NCBI GenBank assembly: GCA_008632985.1
Contig: QPGO01000055.1
Location: 349,100-413,099 of the forward strand
Source: Psammoneis japonica
Lineage: Eukaryota
DNA length: 64,000 nucleotides
Direction of reading: 5' to 3'
Part shown: positions 25,401-37,256 of the stretch, in pieces
Position numbering within the stretch: the stretch's first letter is position 1
How the letters are laid out: every line of letters begins with the position of its first letter
Made by a program: the position numbers and the translations under genes
The notes under the pieces: model-generated
The model's input: the letters and a program-made list of their open reading frames with translations, nothing else
Database searches by the model: none
Told to the model about the DNA's origin: nothing

Positions 25401-27010
25401 CTGGCATTGCCTCCAACCATGAGCACCATGTCAACATTTCTGCCACATCCTGTGTTTTTTCTCTTGCAGAATTTCATGATTGTTGCACAGACCCACTGCA
25501 ATTGTTTGAGTTCAATTTGGCGTCCTGGTGTGCCTGCATGGCAGCATCAAAGAACTTCTTCCCCAAGCCGGGCGCAGTTGCTGACGGCAATTCAGGTGAG
25601 CAGACATTTTGGCACATTGCTCAGCTTGGAATGAACCTTGGCCACCAAAGGACTCCATTCCATGGTGCTGCGGTGGAGATTGTTTGCCAGCAAAATGGCT
25701 GCAGTTCTTCAAAGGGTGCAAGCCTTGCATGAATGCCTGCGTGTCACAGAAAAATCATTGGAGGATGCTGTGTGCAAAGGAAAAACTGCAAACATGGTGG
25801 TTGAAAGCATCAATCATGACGGATGCGGCAGATGACAAGCGCGGTGTGTGTGGTTGACTCCAAATAAAAAAAAGATGCTGGAGCTCAGAGCTCAAAGATT
25901 TTTTTTGGTTGCAGATGCCAGCACAGGTGCTGTGCCAGTGGATGACCACAGCGCAGGTCCTCACCTTTTCCATTTGAGCACTGATTGCTTCACCAGGACC
26001 ATGGGCTAGCTGTCTTTTACAACTGAGTGCAGCTGTCAAATCATCTTTGTAAACAAATCTCCATTTTGTCAATCACTTGTGTTTGATCAACTCTGGATTC
26101 ATTTAACAAGTGCCAAATTGAAGACTGAACTCACCACATTTTGCACATGGCTGCAGCACAGACACAGCAGATCTGTGGGTGCTCTTCTGTTTTTCTTCTG
26201 TTGGGGTCACAACTTGTTGCAAAGTCAATGAACAAATTTGGTGTCAATGGTGACAAAGAACAAAGCAAAGAGACTTGATGAAACACAAAAAAGCAGGGCT
26301 CTTGTGTGAGGCTGTTTGGTGCAAAACCTCAAAAAGGAAGCGTTGTTGACTGACTCACACAGTGACAGAAAACCTTGATGCCAGCCCTGCAAGCCACTCT
26401 GAACAGATCCTCTGTTGGTGAAAATGCAATCAATGGAAACTCTTGTCTTGCTGTCTGGGATGCAACATGATTGAGCAAGGCCTCCATGTCATCTTCATCA
26501 TCAGCATTGCTCTGATTTGTTCCTTGCTGTGGGGTTTACAAATGTGCAACACACCTGCAGCTGCTCCTTTTCTGAGTTGTTTTTTACAAATGCTCTCATG
26601 CCACATCTGCACAGGCAACAATCTTCCAATTTGAGCACAGCTCCCACTGCTCATTTTCATGTCATGGTGGTGTTCATCCTCAAGCATCAAGTTCGGCTGC
26701 TCATCTTGCTGTTCTCTTGTGGCGAAGATGTGCTGACATTGTTGCTCACTCTCTAGAGTTCACGGTGTTCCCTGCAATGACAAAGGCTTCCTGCTTGACT
26801 TGCAATGTCAAGGCTTTCCCAGATTCCACTGCAATGGCCTGTCCCGAGGAAAAGCTTGCATTTTTTGCTGTGGCTGGGATGCAACCACAGAGGAAAAGAT
26901 TTTCCCAAATCGTCGTCTGTTTTAATCCCTGGCTGCAGATGTTGCGGTGGACCTCCAGTCGAGTGCAAATAATTTGAACGTGGAGGATGCTCCACATCAC
27001 GCCCCCCTTT
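22440..27010. mobile_element. Old hypermutated repeat or TE-derived block (TpA- and CpG-depleted); family not identifiable
   Basis: No TpA found by eye between 23110 and 24705 (about 1.6 kb). CpG is rare and TG/CA is in excess. Confidence 0.55.
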
Positions 27011-27411
27011 CTAGAAACGAGAGAAGCCGTAAGATGGACCCTGTGGCAGGGTGGGTTCGAAGCCTTGAAATACAACGAAGAGGGTGTGCGCGAAAACAAC
27101 AAGCAATGTTCTCTGTAAACGGTTAATTTTTACACGTGGCATCACGGAGGGGTGGGCAGCAGCATAGCAGGCTCAAGGCAACCTTACGGCAAGTCCTGCT
27201 ACCCGATGTTTTTTTATCTCAATTGGTAGAATGCATTTCCTGTGGCTTTCACATTGCAGGTGTCCAGACGCTTCCTCATTTGTCGCTTCGCCAAGTGCTT
27301 CAGTCTACATTTTAGACGAAATAAGAGATATGCTCTCCCTCCCTTGGGTAAATAATATAGTAATTGATCATATGATTACCGTATGCAACACTGATAGTGA
27401 AATAATCCCAT

Positions 27412-28449
27412 CTAGATTCCGCTTAGCCCACCGTGACTGCCTTCTTCGTCAACATCGTAGAACTTGTCCTCGCTGCCAGAGTCGTCGTCATCATGTTCAG
27501 CCGCGTCACCATCGTCTTGCAAATCAAAAAATATTTGTTCCTCAGGCGAGAGTGCCGGCATTTTTGTTTGCAAGTACTTCCTCGTGCGGTAAGCCGTCTC
27601 ACAAGTTTCCTTCAAGCCCCACTGCCCCACAGTGTCAATGATGGCTTCGATGATCTCCGGGAGCCCTTGCTGCAACACCACAGTCATGTGGGTGACAAGG
27701 GTTACACTCTCGTCAAGGGTTGTGTATAAGAGAACGGATTTTGTCTTCACTGTTGCGTCCTCCTTGGGAGGAACCGATCGCTTGGTTCTTTCCAAGAGAA
27801 TACCTCCGTCGACACGGATACCGACATGTTGACCGAGCTTTGACAAGGTATCTGTCGGCAGTCCCGAAACCCGAAACTGGATAGTAAAGTTGTAAACATA
27901 CGGTATAATGGGCTTTGTAATCCGAAAGTTGTCGGGCTCCATCTTGTCATAGTCGTCCCAAACGGTTGTTCCTGCCGGCTGACACGAACGCTGGTACTCG
28001 TAGGAGGACAGAATAGACGGATTGCTGAGCAAGTCGCTCACGTCTGCACCGACCAGTAGATAAGCGCATCGTGTCAAGAGAAATGTGTACTTTTCTTCGT
28101 TGCTGGCATACTCAAAATGAGGGACGTAGTTTTCTTTTGTTTCGTCTTCAAATGCAGACAGATTAATAAGCGAGTCAACCATTTCAGTTTCGTACGCTGA
28201 CAGCTCGTGGTTGCAGACAAAGGAAAACAGGCATCCGCCTGCTTCTAAAGCTCGCAAGTTATTTGGATCAGTGTATTGGTTTTCGAAAGACGAAAGTACG
28301 ATACTCTTGTCCTGGACGCTGGTATCGTACTCGCCATCCCCTCGATCATCACTCGACACATTATACAATTGCTTGCAAGAATCAAGAGCTCTGTCGGTAG
28401 AAATGTTTTCGATAGGGGACAAGGTTGGCATTTCCTGTGCTGCCATCAT
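27412..28449 (-). CDS. Hypothetical protein (345 aa) with acidic C-terminus carrying FFAT-like motifs
   Basis: Intact Tyr-rich ORF with normal TpA content. The tail contains EEQIFFDLQDD and SEDKFYDVDEE. Confidence 0.75.
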   Translation of the reverse strand: MMAAQEMPTLSPIENISTDRALDSCKQLYNVSSDDRGDGEYDTSVQDKSIVLSSFENQYTDPNNLRALEAGGCLFSFVCNHELSAYETEMVDSLINLSAFEDETKENYVPHFEYASNEEKYTFLLTRCAYLLVGADVSDLLSNPSILSSYEYQRSCQPAGTTVWDDYDKMEPDNFRITKPIIPYVYNFTIQFRVSGLPTDTLSKLGQHVGIRVDGGILLERTKRSVPPKEDATVKTKSVLLYTTLDESVTLVTHMTVVLQQGLPEIIEAIIDTVGQWGLKETCETAYRTRKYLQTKMPALSPEEQIFFDLQDDGDAAEHDDDDSGSEDKFYDVDEEGSHGGLSGI

Positions 28450-28579
28450 GGTAAGGCTAATAGAGTGTGATTGGATGGGTTTTGATAGGGCAGGTTGGGG
28501 TTGACAGCCGTCGATTCTTCTTTCTTCTTGTTTGATGCGGGTGTTCGTCGATGTTCCGCGTGTTTGTTCCTATTTCTTT

Positions 28580-31500
28580 CTTGTGGCGCTTTTTTCCCCG
28601 CGACGCGGTTCTTGTTTCTTTGTTTCTTTGACACGACCTGACATCACCAACCGCGTTGCACGACAGACCGATGCGAACTTCCGGTCCTGTCCGTCCGTCA
28701 AATCCGCGCACAGGCGATCTATGTCCGTGTTCATCCCGAATGTTTCTGGGAACAGCTGCAGCAGTGAAGCCTTCTCTGCATCAGCTGTCCATCAGCCACC
28801 TGACAAAGGTGATGCCCCTGCATCTGTCTCATCAGCTCACCCATTTGGGTCTGTGTTTCACCATTCTTTCGGCACACGACATTTGGCTTCTCTCCTTCTC
28901 AAAGCAAAGAAGGCACAAATCTGTGCTGGAGCTGGTCTGCCACTTTGTCAATTGTCACAACAAGCAAGAGAAGGCAAAGGCACCAACAAGTGCAACAGTT
29001 TGCAGAGGCCACACAGCTGGCACTTGAGCTGGCACTTCTCTCAAATCTGCCAACACTGTGTCCACAAAAGACAAGTGAGTGGTGGAGCATGCACTGGGCT
29101 GGCCCAGGTGCTTGCTTGCACAGGGCACAAGGTTGCAGGTGGGTGCTCACAGAGTGTGCCACCCTTCCACAATCCTTGGGAGTGCTGCAGGAGGCCAGCT
29201 TGGTGCATTGCTGACAGTGGTCTTGGCTCAGACAGAGGAGTTGTTGGCTGGGCCAACTCCAGCCAGAGCTGACAATGATTTGGCCAAACTCCAAGGTTCT
29301 TGATGGCTTTGATCATGAAGCCACTTTTTGTTGTTCTCATGGACTCTGTGGCATGGTTTGGTGCCATCTTTTCCAGAGCTCCCTGGCTGCAATTTGCCAC
29401 AGTTGTTGCCACAGACAACCCCGTGGATCACCAGCCAGCCAATGCCACACACTTGCTGCAGGCCAAAACTTTGCAGTGCACAGGGCTTTTGTCATTTTTA
29501 AGATGTGTTGATGTTGCTGCATGTGCAAGAATGGCAACAAGTGTTGCTGTTGTTTGCAACTTCAGGACAAGAGAGGGAAAATTTGGTGCACTTTGGCACT
29601 CACTTCAGACCCGTTTTGTTTCTTTTTCTTGCAAGAAGCTGCAGGTGCCTCAGCAAGGTCAAACCACATGGACCAAAAGAAACTGGGTTTGCTGAGGGTG
29701 ACACAACCAATGCCACAGCAGCCATCAGGGTTGTCACATTGTCAGTGAAAACATCAAGATGCAAGCAGATGGGAAAGATTCCAGGGAATTTCACAAAAAC
29801 ATGAGTGGCGGCCATCTCTGCAAAGGCACTTGGCATGGTGGCCAGCGCGTTGTTGTTGAGGCAGCACAGCACATGGCAATTGCCACTTGCAGACCCCACT
29901 TGACCTTCATTTGTTTTTGATTCCTTGCTCCTTTTTTTGCAGGCTGCCAGAGCATGTCAGCAAAGTTGGTTTCAAGTTGTTGTTGGCAACCTGGGTGCAC
30001 TTCAAGCTGGCAGCAAGTTTGATGTTTTCTTGTTGTGATTGAGAAAGAGTGCAACAGACAATGTCTTCCATGTTTGTGGCAAAAATGATGAGTGAACAAA
30101 TGGTTCCTTGCAGTGCTCCACAGTTTTCATGAACTTGACAACTTTTTCACCACATTTAAATTAAAAAAATGTGGCCATGGACAAAGCCCCAACAAAGCCA
30201 AATGTGGCAAGGAGAAAAGAACAAACCACACATGATGTCAAGAAAGTGCCAATGATCAACTTGATTGCACGGTGACTTGAGATCAAGTTGAGCAAGAACC
30301 AGTTGTCTGGCTCTGGGGATTTGTGCAAATCAGGTGACAGAGCAGTGTTTTTCTTCTTTGAGTTCATGAGAGTTGAGTGGGGAAGAATCTTGACACAATT
30401 GGGGCTTGTTGATGCAACCAGCCAGAGTGCAATTCTTTCATTTGTTGAGTTGCTTTCATTGGTCTCACATTTTGCAGGGAGGAGAATTCAAGATGGGAGC
30501 TCATTGTTTGTGAAAGACATCAGATTTGCCTCAATCCAGACATTTTGTCTTTTGTGAAGTGGGGTCTGTTGGGAGAACAATGTTGCAAGCAACTTGAATC
30601 ATGGGAACAATCATTCATGGATGGCATCAATGAGCTTTGACATTTTGCAAAGATCTGAGGAGCAACCAAGCAACTCGGCACAGCTGCGCCAATGACCCAG
30701 CTGGTTTTTCTTGCTTGAGAGTGAAGTTTGTCAGGAAGATGAGGACAGAGTTTGCTCCAATCTGAGTCAAGGTTGGTGTTGGCATCTGCAGCCCAAGCTT
30801 GACTCCATTCAGACATGAGAGATTCCAACTCAGGAGGAGCACACCAAGGAGTGCCACAAGACTGACTCAGCTGCTGCAGAAGCAGCTTCAGGTGCCAAGA
30901 TGCTTTGTGGCAAGATTTGCCAATGGGAAAGCAGAGCACCAGATGTTCATCACAATTGCTCCTGAAAAAGCTGCAGCACATTGACGGCAGTGCAACAAAA
31001 GCTTGTGATGAGTGATCAAAATGCAGGAGCACCATCATTGAAAAATTGTTTTTTAGAAACTTGCCAGCTGCTTTTCCTGCTTTGTTTGGCATCAAATGAT
31101 TGTCCCAAGATTTTGCGTCTGCGTGAAACAAGGCCTGTTCCAGCTCCAGGTGACCTGCAATCCTTTGTGCGAGATGCCAGCCAAAAATTGCACTTGGCAC
31201 AATGAACTCCTTCAATTTTGCTCATTTCAAAAATGGAGAGGTGAGCAAACACAAAAAAAAACAGAACTTTCATGTGCACTCACCCTTTCTTCATCCCAAG
31301 TGTTGCTGGGAACAGAGCTGCTGCAATGCAGCCATCTCTGCGGCAGCTGTCCCTGAGCCACCCAATGCAGTGAGGTGATGAAAAATTTGCATCATGAAAG
31401 GAGAAGCCTTGTTCAACACCTTCTCTCACTTTGAGCTCATTGGCATCTCTGACTTGCTCCAGACTTGGGTGGCATGTGCATGCCCCTTTTTGCCCAAAAA

Positions 31501-34480
31501 GAATGTTTTGTGCTTTGTTCAACATGTTGTCAACATTCAATTGATGTGGCCACTTTAATGGCTTGCAATTAAAACAAGCAGGGTGAGTTCAAACCAACTT
31601 ACAGCCAAAATGGCCATGGCTTTCAGTGACCATGATGGCCTTTTTTTTTCAGCCTCGTGGAAAATTGAATGTCATGATGAGGACCACAGCATTTTACATG
31701 GTCTGTGTCATCCACCGCTGCAATGAAACTGCTTGTCACCGGCTGCAGCACAGCACAAAAAGACCAAATCTGTCAGCGCCAAGAACAACTGAGCCTCAAC
31801 TCACAATTTGCTTCTGAGGACCATTGCTTTTCTGTTCCCATGTGTGTTTCCTTCTTTTGTTGAATTGCTCAAGTGTGTCAGTTGTTTGTGATGACAAAAC
31901 AGTGAAACAGTGTCCAAAATCAACGCCATTGTGTGGGCTGAACTTTGCTTCTTCCCACATCTTCTGAAACTTGTCAATCAGCGCAAGTTTCATTTGGTCC
32001 ATTGAGAGCAACTTGTCATCAAGTGCGCCAACAAAAGATTGTTTGTGTCTGAGCAAAGAGCACACTTGATGTCATTTCTGTGCACATGAGTGCATTTTTT
32101 GTGAATCGCCCATCTTGTGACCAAGCTCATCTTGCGGCACAATTTGGTGATCGACAACTCAGTCCATCCTCAGTTTTGAATGTGTGGGTGCACACATGAG
32201 ACCTTTCTGCATGTGCCCACAACAACACATTTGCAAATCATTGCACTTTGAGCATTGACAATTGCACCGGAAATTTGGGCTGCACATTTCACACAAAAAG
32301 GGGCATTTTTTTTTGCGCATGTGCACACCTGAGTCTGGAACAAGTCCTCTGGTCTTTGTTCTTTTTACAAAACACACACAGCTTCTTCTTCCTGGAACAC
32401 AAGCCAAAAGAAAACAGATGAGTTTGCATGAAGTGAATTGCCTCTTTTGCCACTTGTTGGAACAAGCAAGAGAGTGCAAGGGCATCAACAAATGCGGCGA
32501 TTGCAACAACCATGAAATGTTGCCGCTCAACAAGCTTGGTGTTTCTTGCTTCTCTCAAGTTTGTCAGCAACACATGTCTTGGATGCTCTCAGGCACAACA
32601 AGGTTGCAGATGAAAGCTCACACCATGACAAGCAGAGGAGTTGTTGGCTGAGTCAACTGTTGGACTGACATCATTGCACACAGCACCGCTGTGTGGACTG
32701 TGCACAAAAACTTGAGTCACAATGACCAAGATGATTGTCCTCAGGATTGCTCAATGAAGAGCCACACCAGTGCATTTTGTTGGCCTCTGTTGCATCAGTC
32801 CTCCAACAGACAGGCTCCTGTGGAAACCAGCCAGCCACACGGGGATGCATCTTCTCACCTTTGGGTGTTCCTTGGCATCAGCAGGGACCTCACCACCCAC
32901 CTTGGCACCCTCAAGTTCTGCCACTCCAGCCTCTGCAGAATTTGTGTGTGAGAACCGGCACTCAGCCTGCGCTGGCTTTGTGACCAGTTCCTGTGACCTT
33001 GGCTGATGCTTTGGCTGTCCCCATGCAAATTGCGTGTTGGCTGGCCAGTGACTGAATTTTGCGTCCATGCAGCACCACGTGGCACACCAACAGCAACACA
33101 GCATGCAGAAACGGTCAAGGGCAGAGTGGACAAAGACATGCATCCATGGTTCTTGGGGAAACTGTGGTGCCAACTGTGATTGGCCAAGCACAATTTGGCA
33201 GAAGCACCACCAATTTGCTCCAAGAGTGGCTCGCCATTTCTTTGGAGGCATTTGCTCCACTGGTGTGCTTGAACCACTGTGACAAGGTGTCAACACAGCA
33301 GAGAAATTGGAAAAGGACAACAACATTGCAAGGCAAAGGAGAAAGATGTCAGCAGAGGATGCTGCGCCAACAAAGTGCACTGCAACAACAAAGGGGGAAA
33401 TGGTTGGAAGGAACCAATGATGGAGCAAGGATGGGATCAAGAAGGGCAATGAACTGCACAAGTGGGCAATGAAAGACTGGGAGGAGAACAAAGAATTCAG
33501 GCAGTGCATGGTTCAAGGAATGGAGGCAAGAGAAGGCCAACTTGTCCAAGCAGGCAGAGAAGAAATGCAAGAAGGGGGAGAAGAGGAAGGAGAGAGAGGA
33601 TGGATGGGCAGCACAAATTGCAGCAAGTGATGAAACCTGGAAAACAGCAAACAAACAAAAAGGCAAGCTGGCACCCAACTCGCAGCAAAGAAAACATGGC
33701 TGTTGCAACTGTTGCATTTAAAGCAGCAACACAAATGCATGAAATGTAGGGTGATGGATTGCAAGTGGCAATGGAGGTGATGAAGGAGTGATGAGCAGCA
33801 AACGTTAAAAAGCAGGGTTGAGAGTCAAATCATGGGCATGGATGCTCGCACTTCAAAGTGGGGTGTGGTTTGGGTTTTAGAAGTTCACAAACTTTGCCAG
33901 TTCTGAACCAATGTTTGAGGGCAAACTTGGCTCATAAATTCACAAATGAATGAGATTAAAGACAAGAAATTGCCAGATTGTGACGGGCGGTCAGAGACCC
34001 AGATCATTGGCACCCCAGATGAACTCCTCTTCCTCAAGCTTTTTTCCAGAACATCATGCCAGAATCAGCTGCTGTCCAGGACAAGTTATAACATGATCAA
34101 AAGATTAATTTTTCAGGTGAGATGATGGAGAGAAAGGAAGCCAAAAAGATGGCAAAGGGCAAAGCTCGTTGTCGAGACACAGCGAGAGACTGTGCAGCAA
34201 GAAAATGTTGAGGCAGGATTCGGGTGGGGATGGGGATGGGGAAGAAGGAACTTCTGACTGACACAGTTGGCAACATTTGACTAACCTGTCTTCTGTCAAT
34301 GGTTTGTTACAAAGGGGCATCAGCCTTGTTGCAGAGTTACGTCTTCCATTGTTGACACCAGAGTGCCATCGTGACGGACGTGCGACGTGCAATAAAAAAT
34401 GAATCGGCGACTGAGGGAAGGCAGGGGAAATGGGCAATGAGCACATTGCAAAAGCTTTCAAAAAAAAAATGAAAGATGTC
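28580..34480. mobile_element. Old hypermutated repeat or TE-derived block (TpA- and CpG-depleted)
   Basis: About 1.3 kb (32368-33718) without a TpA by eye. Contains two copies of a dispersed repeat also found at 36917-37095. Confidence 0.6.
29125..29325 (+). repeat. Dispersed repeat, copy A (homologous to 36917-37095 and partly to 32598-32650)
   Basis: Shared blocks GCACAAGGTTGCAGGTG (29125 and 36917), TGATTTGGCCAA...GTTCTTGATGGCTTTGAT (29276 and 37045), and CAGAGGAGTTGTTGGCTG (29233 and 32633). Confidence 0.85.
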
Positions 34481-34534
34481 GAAAGCGCACATCACACAGT
34501 CTATCCCTCACTTCATCTCACCCTATGTATTATC

Positions 34535-35436
34535 ATGGTCCTCCCTGTTCCAAACATACGTCAAATCGCATTGGACTATGGCTACGAAGAGATTGAGCTG
34601 AATGATACTTCTCGAGTCATTTCCTTTCGCCGCGAAACCACTCGCATCAATGTCTATTACACCACTGGGACGTTGGCACCTGCCTGAACCACCCCCAAAA
34701 GGGCAAGACCCAGCTCTTTCGAAGGAATATTACCACCTTGGAGGCGCTAGAGCGTATCTTGGACAATCCACGCACCCATACCAATGAAGGATACTACACG
34801 CGAAAGACTATTGGACAAAAGTGGAAGAATGACAAAACCAACGAAGTGGTGGCGGATTCGGCCCGACGATGGATCTATGTCGGCAATGCTACCGGAATTA
34901 TACAAAATAAGCGAGAAGAGGAGATTGTTACAGATACTTGCACCAAATGGGACAACCTACAGTGGAAACCGGGGCAAGATCCAGTTTCACACAATAGACG
35001 ATATGCATGTGGCAGCACTGGTGGTCTCATGCTGACGCTGCATGAGATTATGCAGGAAACAGTCGGTGACTTTCATATCTGTCATGGGCAGGAAGTGAAT
35101 GATTTTCTTGCTGGTAAACGAGACGAGCCGGAGATTCATACTGGCGCCGGTTGTTGTGGAGACCGCTGCCCCAAATATCAAGCGTTTATGGAAAAGCATG
35201 CGGATGATCTGGGGCATTTGAAGCGACAATTCATGAATCTGAGGAAAGATCTCCGAATTGAGCTCGCTCATTGGTGTCTCGCCAGGACTGAACAAGATCA
35301 TTACTTTACATATCTGAATTTTAGGCCAATGATGACGGTTTACCACGACCGCTTACACTTTGCTCATTGGGAATACGGTGAGATGAACTATCCGCGAAGG
35401 ACGGGCTTGTGTAAACACTGTGGAGTAGGGCCCTAA
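34535..35436 (+). CDS. Hypothetical protein with an RINVYYTTGTVGTCLNHP..GKTQLFRR domain; one-base frameshift near 34671
   Basis: ATG 34535 reads ...RINVYYTTGT. Adding one base gives VGTCLNHPQKGKTQLFRRNI...LDNPRTHTNEGY and joins ORF 34738-35436. I recognise this motif from uncharacterised algal proteins from memory only. Confidence 0.6.
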
Positions 35437-35929
35437 AGTACTCGACGCCTACATTGAATGAGGGCATTAATCGCCAGGAGAGATTCGTACAAGAGGAGTC
35501 ACTCTGCAAGGTGTGGCTACAGCTGAGTACTCCACCCATTGAAAGACAATGACATTATAGTTTCGGAATGCCATGCCACTGCGCCCACTTTCGTACGAAC
35601 ATGAGCCTATTTTACACATCCTATTTACACCCGTTCCTCCGCAGTTTGAGATGTACCTTTATCCGTTGGCCGAGGGCCCACAATAACATTCACATCCGAT
35701 CCACTTTATTTCGCTTTATGTCCCGCAACAATCATTCTTCTGACAATGAGGAGTACTTTCGTTTCTTCCCAGCGGTGAATGGGGCACTTGCGTTGGTGTT
35801 GCTGTCAGCCACCAAAATTATCCCAAAAAGCCGCTGGGGTTCTCCCGCAAAAGTCCGTACAAAGTATTGACTCCGCGGGCGGGTTGCGTCTTATTCACCA
35901 GATTCATTGCTAGGAATCAGGTCGATTAA

Positions 35930-37200
35930 AACCAACGAAACGCGCACAATTTTGGATGCTGAAGGTGTCGTTTGGCGCATTGTGTGCCGACCCAATGCAT
36001 TCAAGTCCCTCCAATGCTCAATCATGCAATTGACATCTTCACAAACTTCACCATTTTCATCTGTTGCACAGATCTTGACATTTTTCAGTGCAGCATTTCC
36101 TTGTTTGAGCAACTTCATCACAGTCCATTTGTCATCCACCTTTTGGGCCATTCCAAGGTGGAGGGTGTGGGTTGGTGTGTTGAACAACAGATGGTTGCAG
36201 AAAAAGGACCAGTCCAAATCCCATGGTCCCTTGAGGTTTAGATCCTCAAAATGCTGGGTTCACTGACCAAAGTCCAAATGCATGCATTCTCAAGTTGTGC
36301 ACTGTGGCAACACATGTGCGCGTCTCAAGCAATGCATTTTTTGCACCTTCTGCAAGAGGAAGAGCAATTCAGTTCCAAACAAAAAAATTTCAACTTGGCA
36401 CTGACAGCCAATCTTGATTGCTGATTTTTGCCTGGCAACTTGTGGTGGCAACGTTCATGGAGTGGAATGTCATGGCCAGAAAAATTCCCAACTCTCACTT
36501 CAAATTGGTGGTTGCCAATTTGTTTCCAGTGTGATGCAAAGCATCGCCAAGACAGACAAAAAAGGCATTGTCAGCGCCTTCATCCAATTTGGCACAACTC
36601 ATGAGAGACACGCTTCTCCCATTGAAAGCAGCCAGTGCCTTGTAAAAATGGCAGACTGAGCAACTCAATTGCCTTGGGCAGCTTTGAAGGCAAGGGAAGT
36701 GAATGGGCAACAACCCAAGTTTTGAAAAAGACTTCATTGGAACATTTGCTGCAGCTGATTGCAGGAGCTTCAAAAAGGCTTCTGACTCAAATTGGACCAT
36801 GTGGTAGAGTTTCACAGACTCAATGTGAGGGATGACTCAAGCCACAGCAACAGCAGTCTGTTGATTGATCGTCACCTGTTTTTGCTCAAAATGGGTGTGG
36901 TCAAACAAATCTGCAAGCACAAGGTTGCAGGTGCGTGCTCTCAAAGTGTGCAACTCCTCGCTCCCCACCACAATCCTCGGGATCACCACCGCAGCAGGAG
37001 GCAGCCAGCTCAGCATTGCTGAGCTAACTCAGGAGTTGACATGGTGATTTGGCCAACACACCAAAGTTCTTGATGGCTTTGATTATCAAGCCACTCACAC
37101 CGTTTGGGTGCTCTGGCAGAATGCGTGACGTGAGTGTCTGCGGTGTCTGTTCCCGCGCGCGAAAAAGACACAAAAGAACCGCAAGCGGCAGGAAAGGATT
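35930..37200. mobile_element. Short hypermutated repeat-derived block
   Basis: Near absence of TpA. Contains dispersed repeat copy B. Confidence 0.55.
36917..37095 (+). repeat. Dispersed repeat, copy B
   Basis: Aligns with 29125-29325 and retains two TpA (37025, 37084) that are CpA in copy A. Confidence 0.85.
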
Positions 37201-37256
37201 CCATCTCCAAATAAACGCAGCCAGAGTGGAACCTTCAGCCCTTCCTTTCGTTTATA

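Noticed and set aside
15530..27010. Assignment of the old blocks to LTR, LINE, MULE or Helitron families
   Set aside because: I could not find LTR pairs, TIRs, or RT/integrase motifs by eye. It would need profile searches, ideally after in-silico TG/CA back-mutation.
15518..34461. Many overlapping 60-250 aa Cys/His/Gln-rich ORFs on both strands inside the TpA-poor blocks
   Set aside because: These are expected artefacts of losing TAA/TAG stops and Tyr codons. No recognisable domains were found, so they are not called as genes.
15530..34480. Alternative genetic code, contaminant, or endogenous virus explanation for the TpA-poor blocks
   Set aside because: Depletion is frame- and strand-independent, there are no long coherent ORFs, the blocks interleave with normal host genes, and the same signature sits on a recognisable transposon. 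A viral origin for individual blocks is not excluded.
34661..34680. Programmed frameshift in the 34535-35436 gene
   Set aside because: No slippery heptamer. Restoring one G (ACG GTT) fixes the frame, which is typical of a GG-to-G consensus error or a recent indel.
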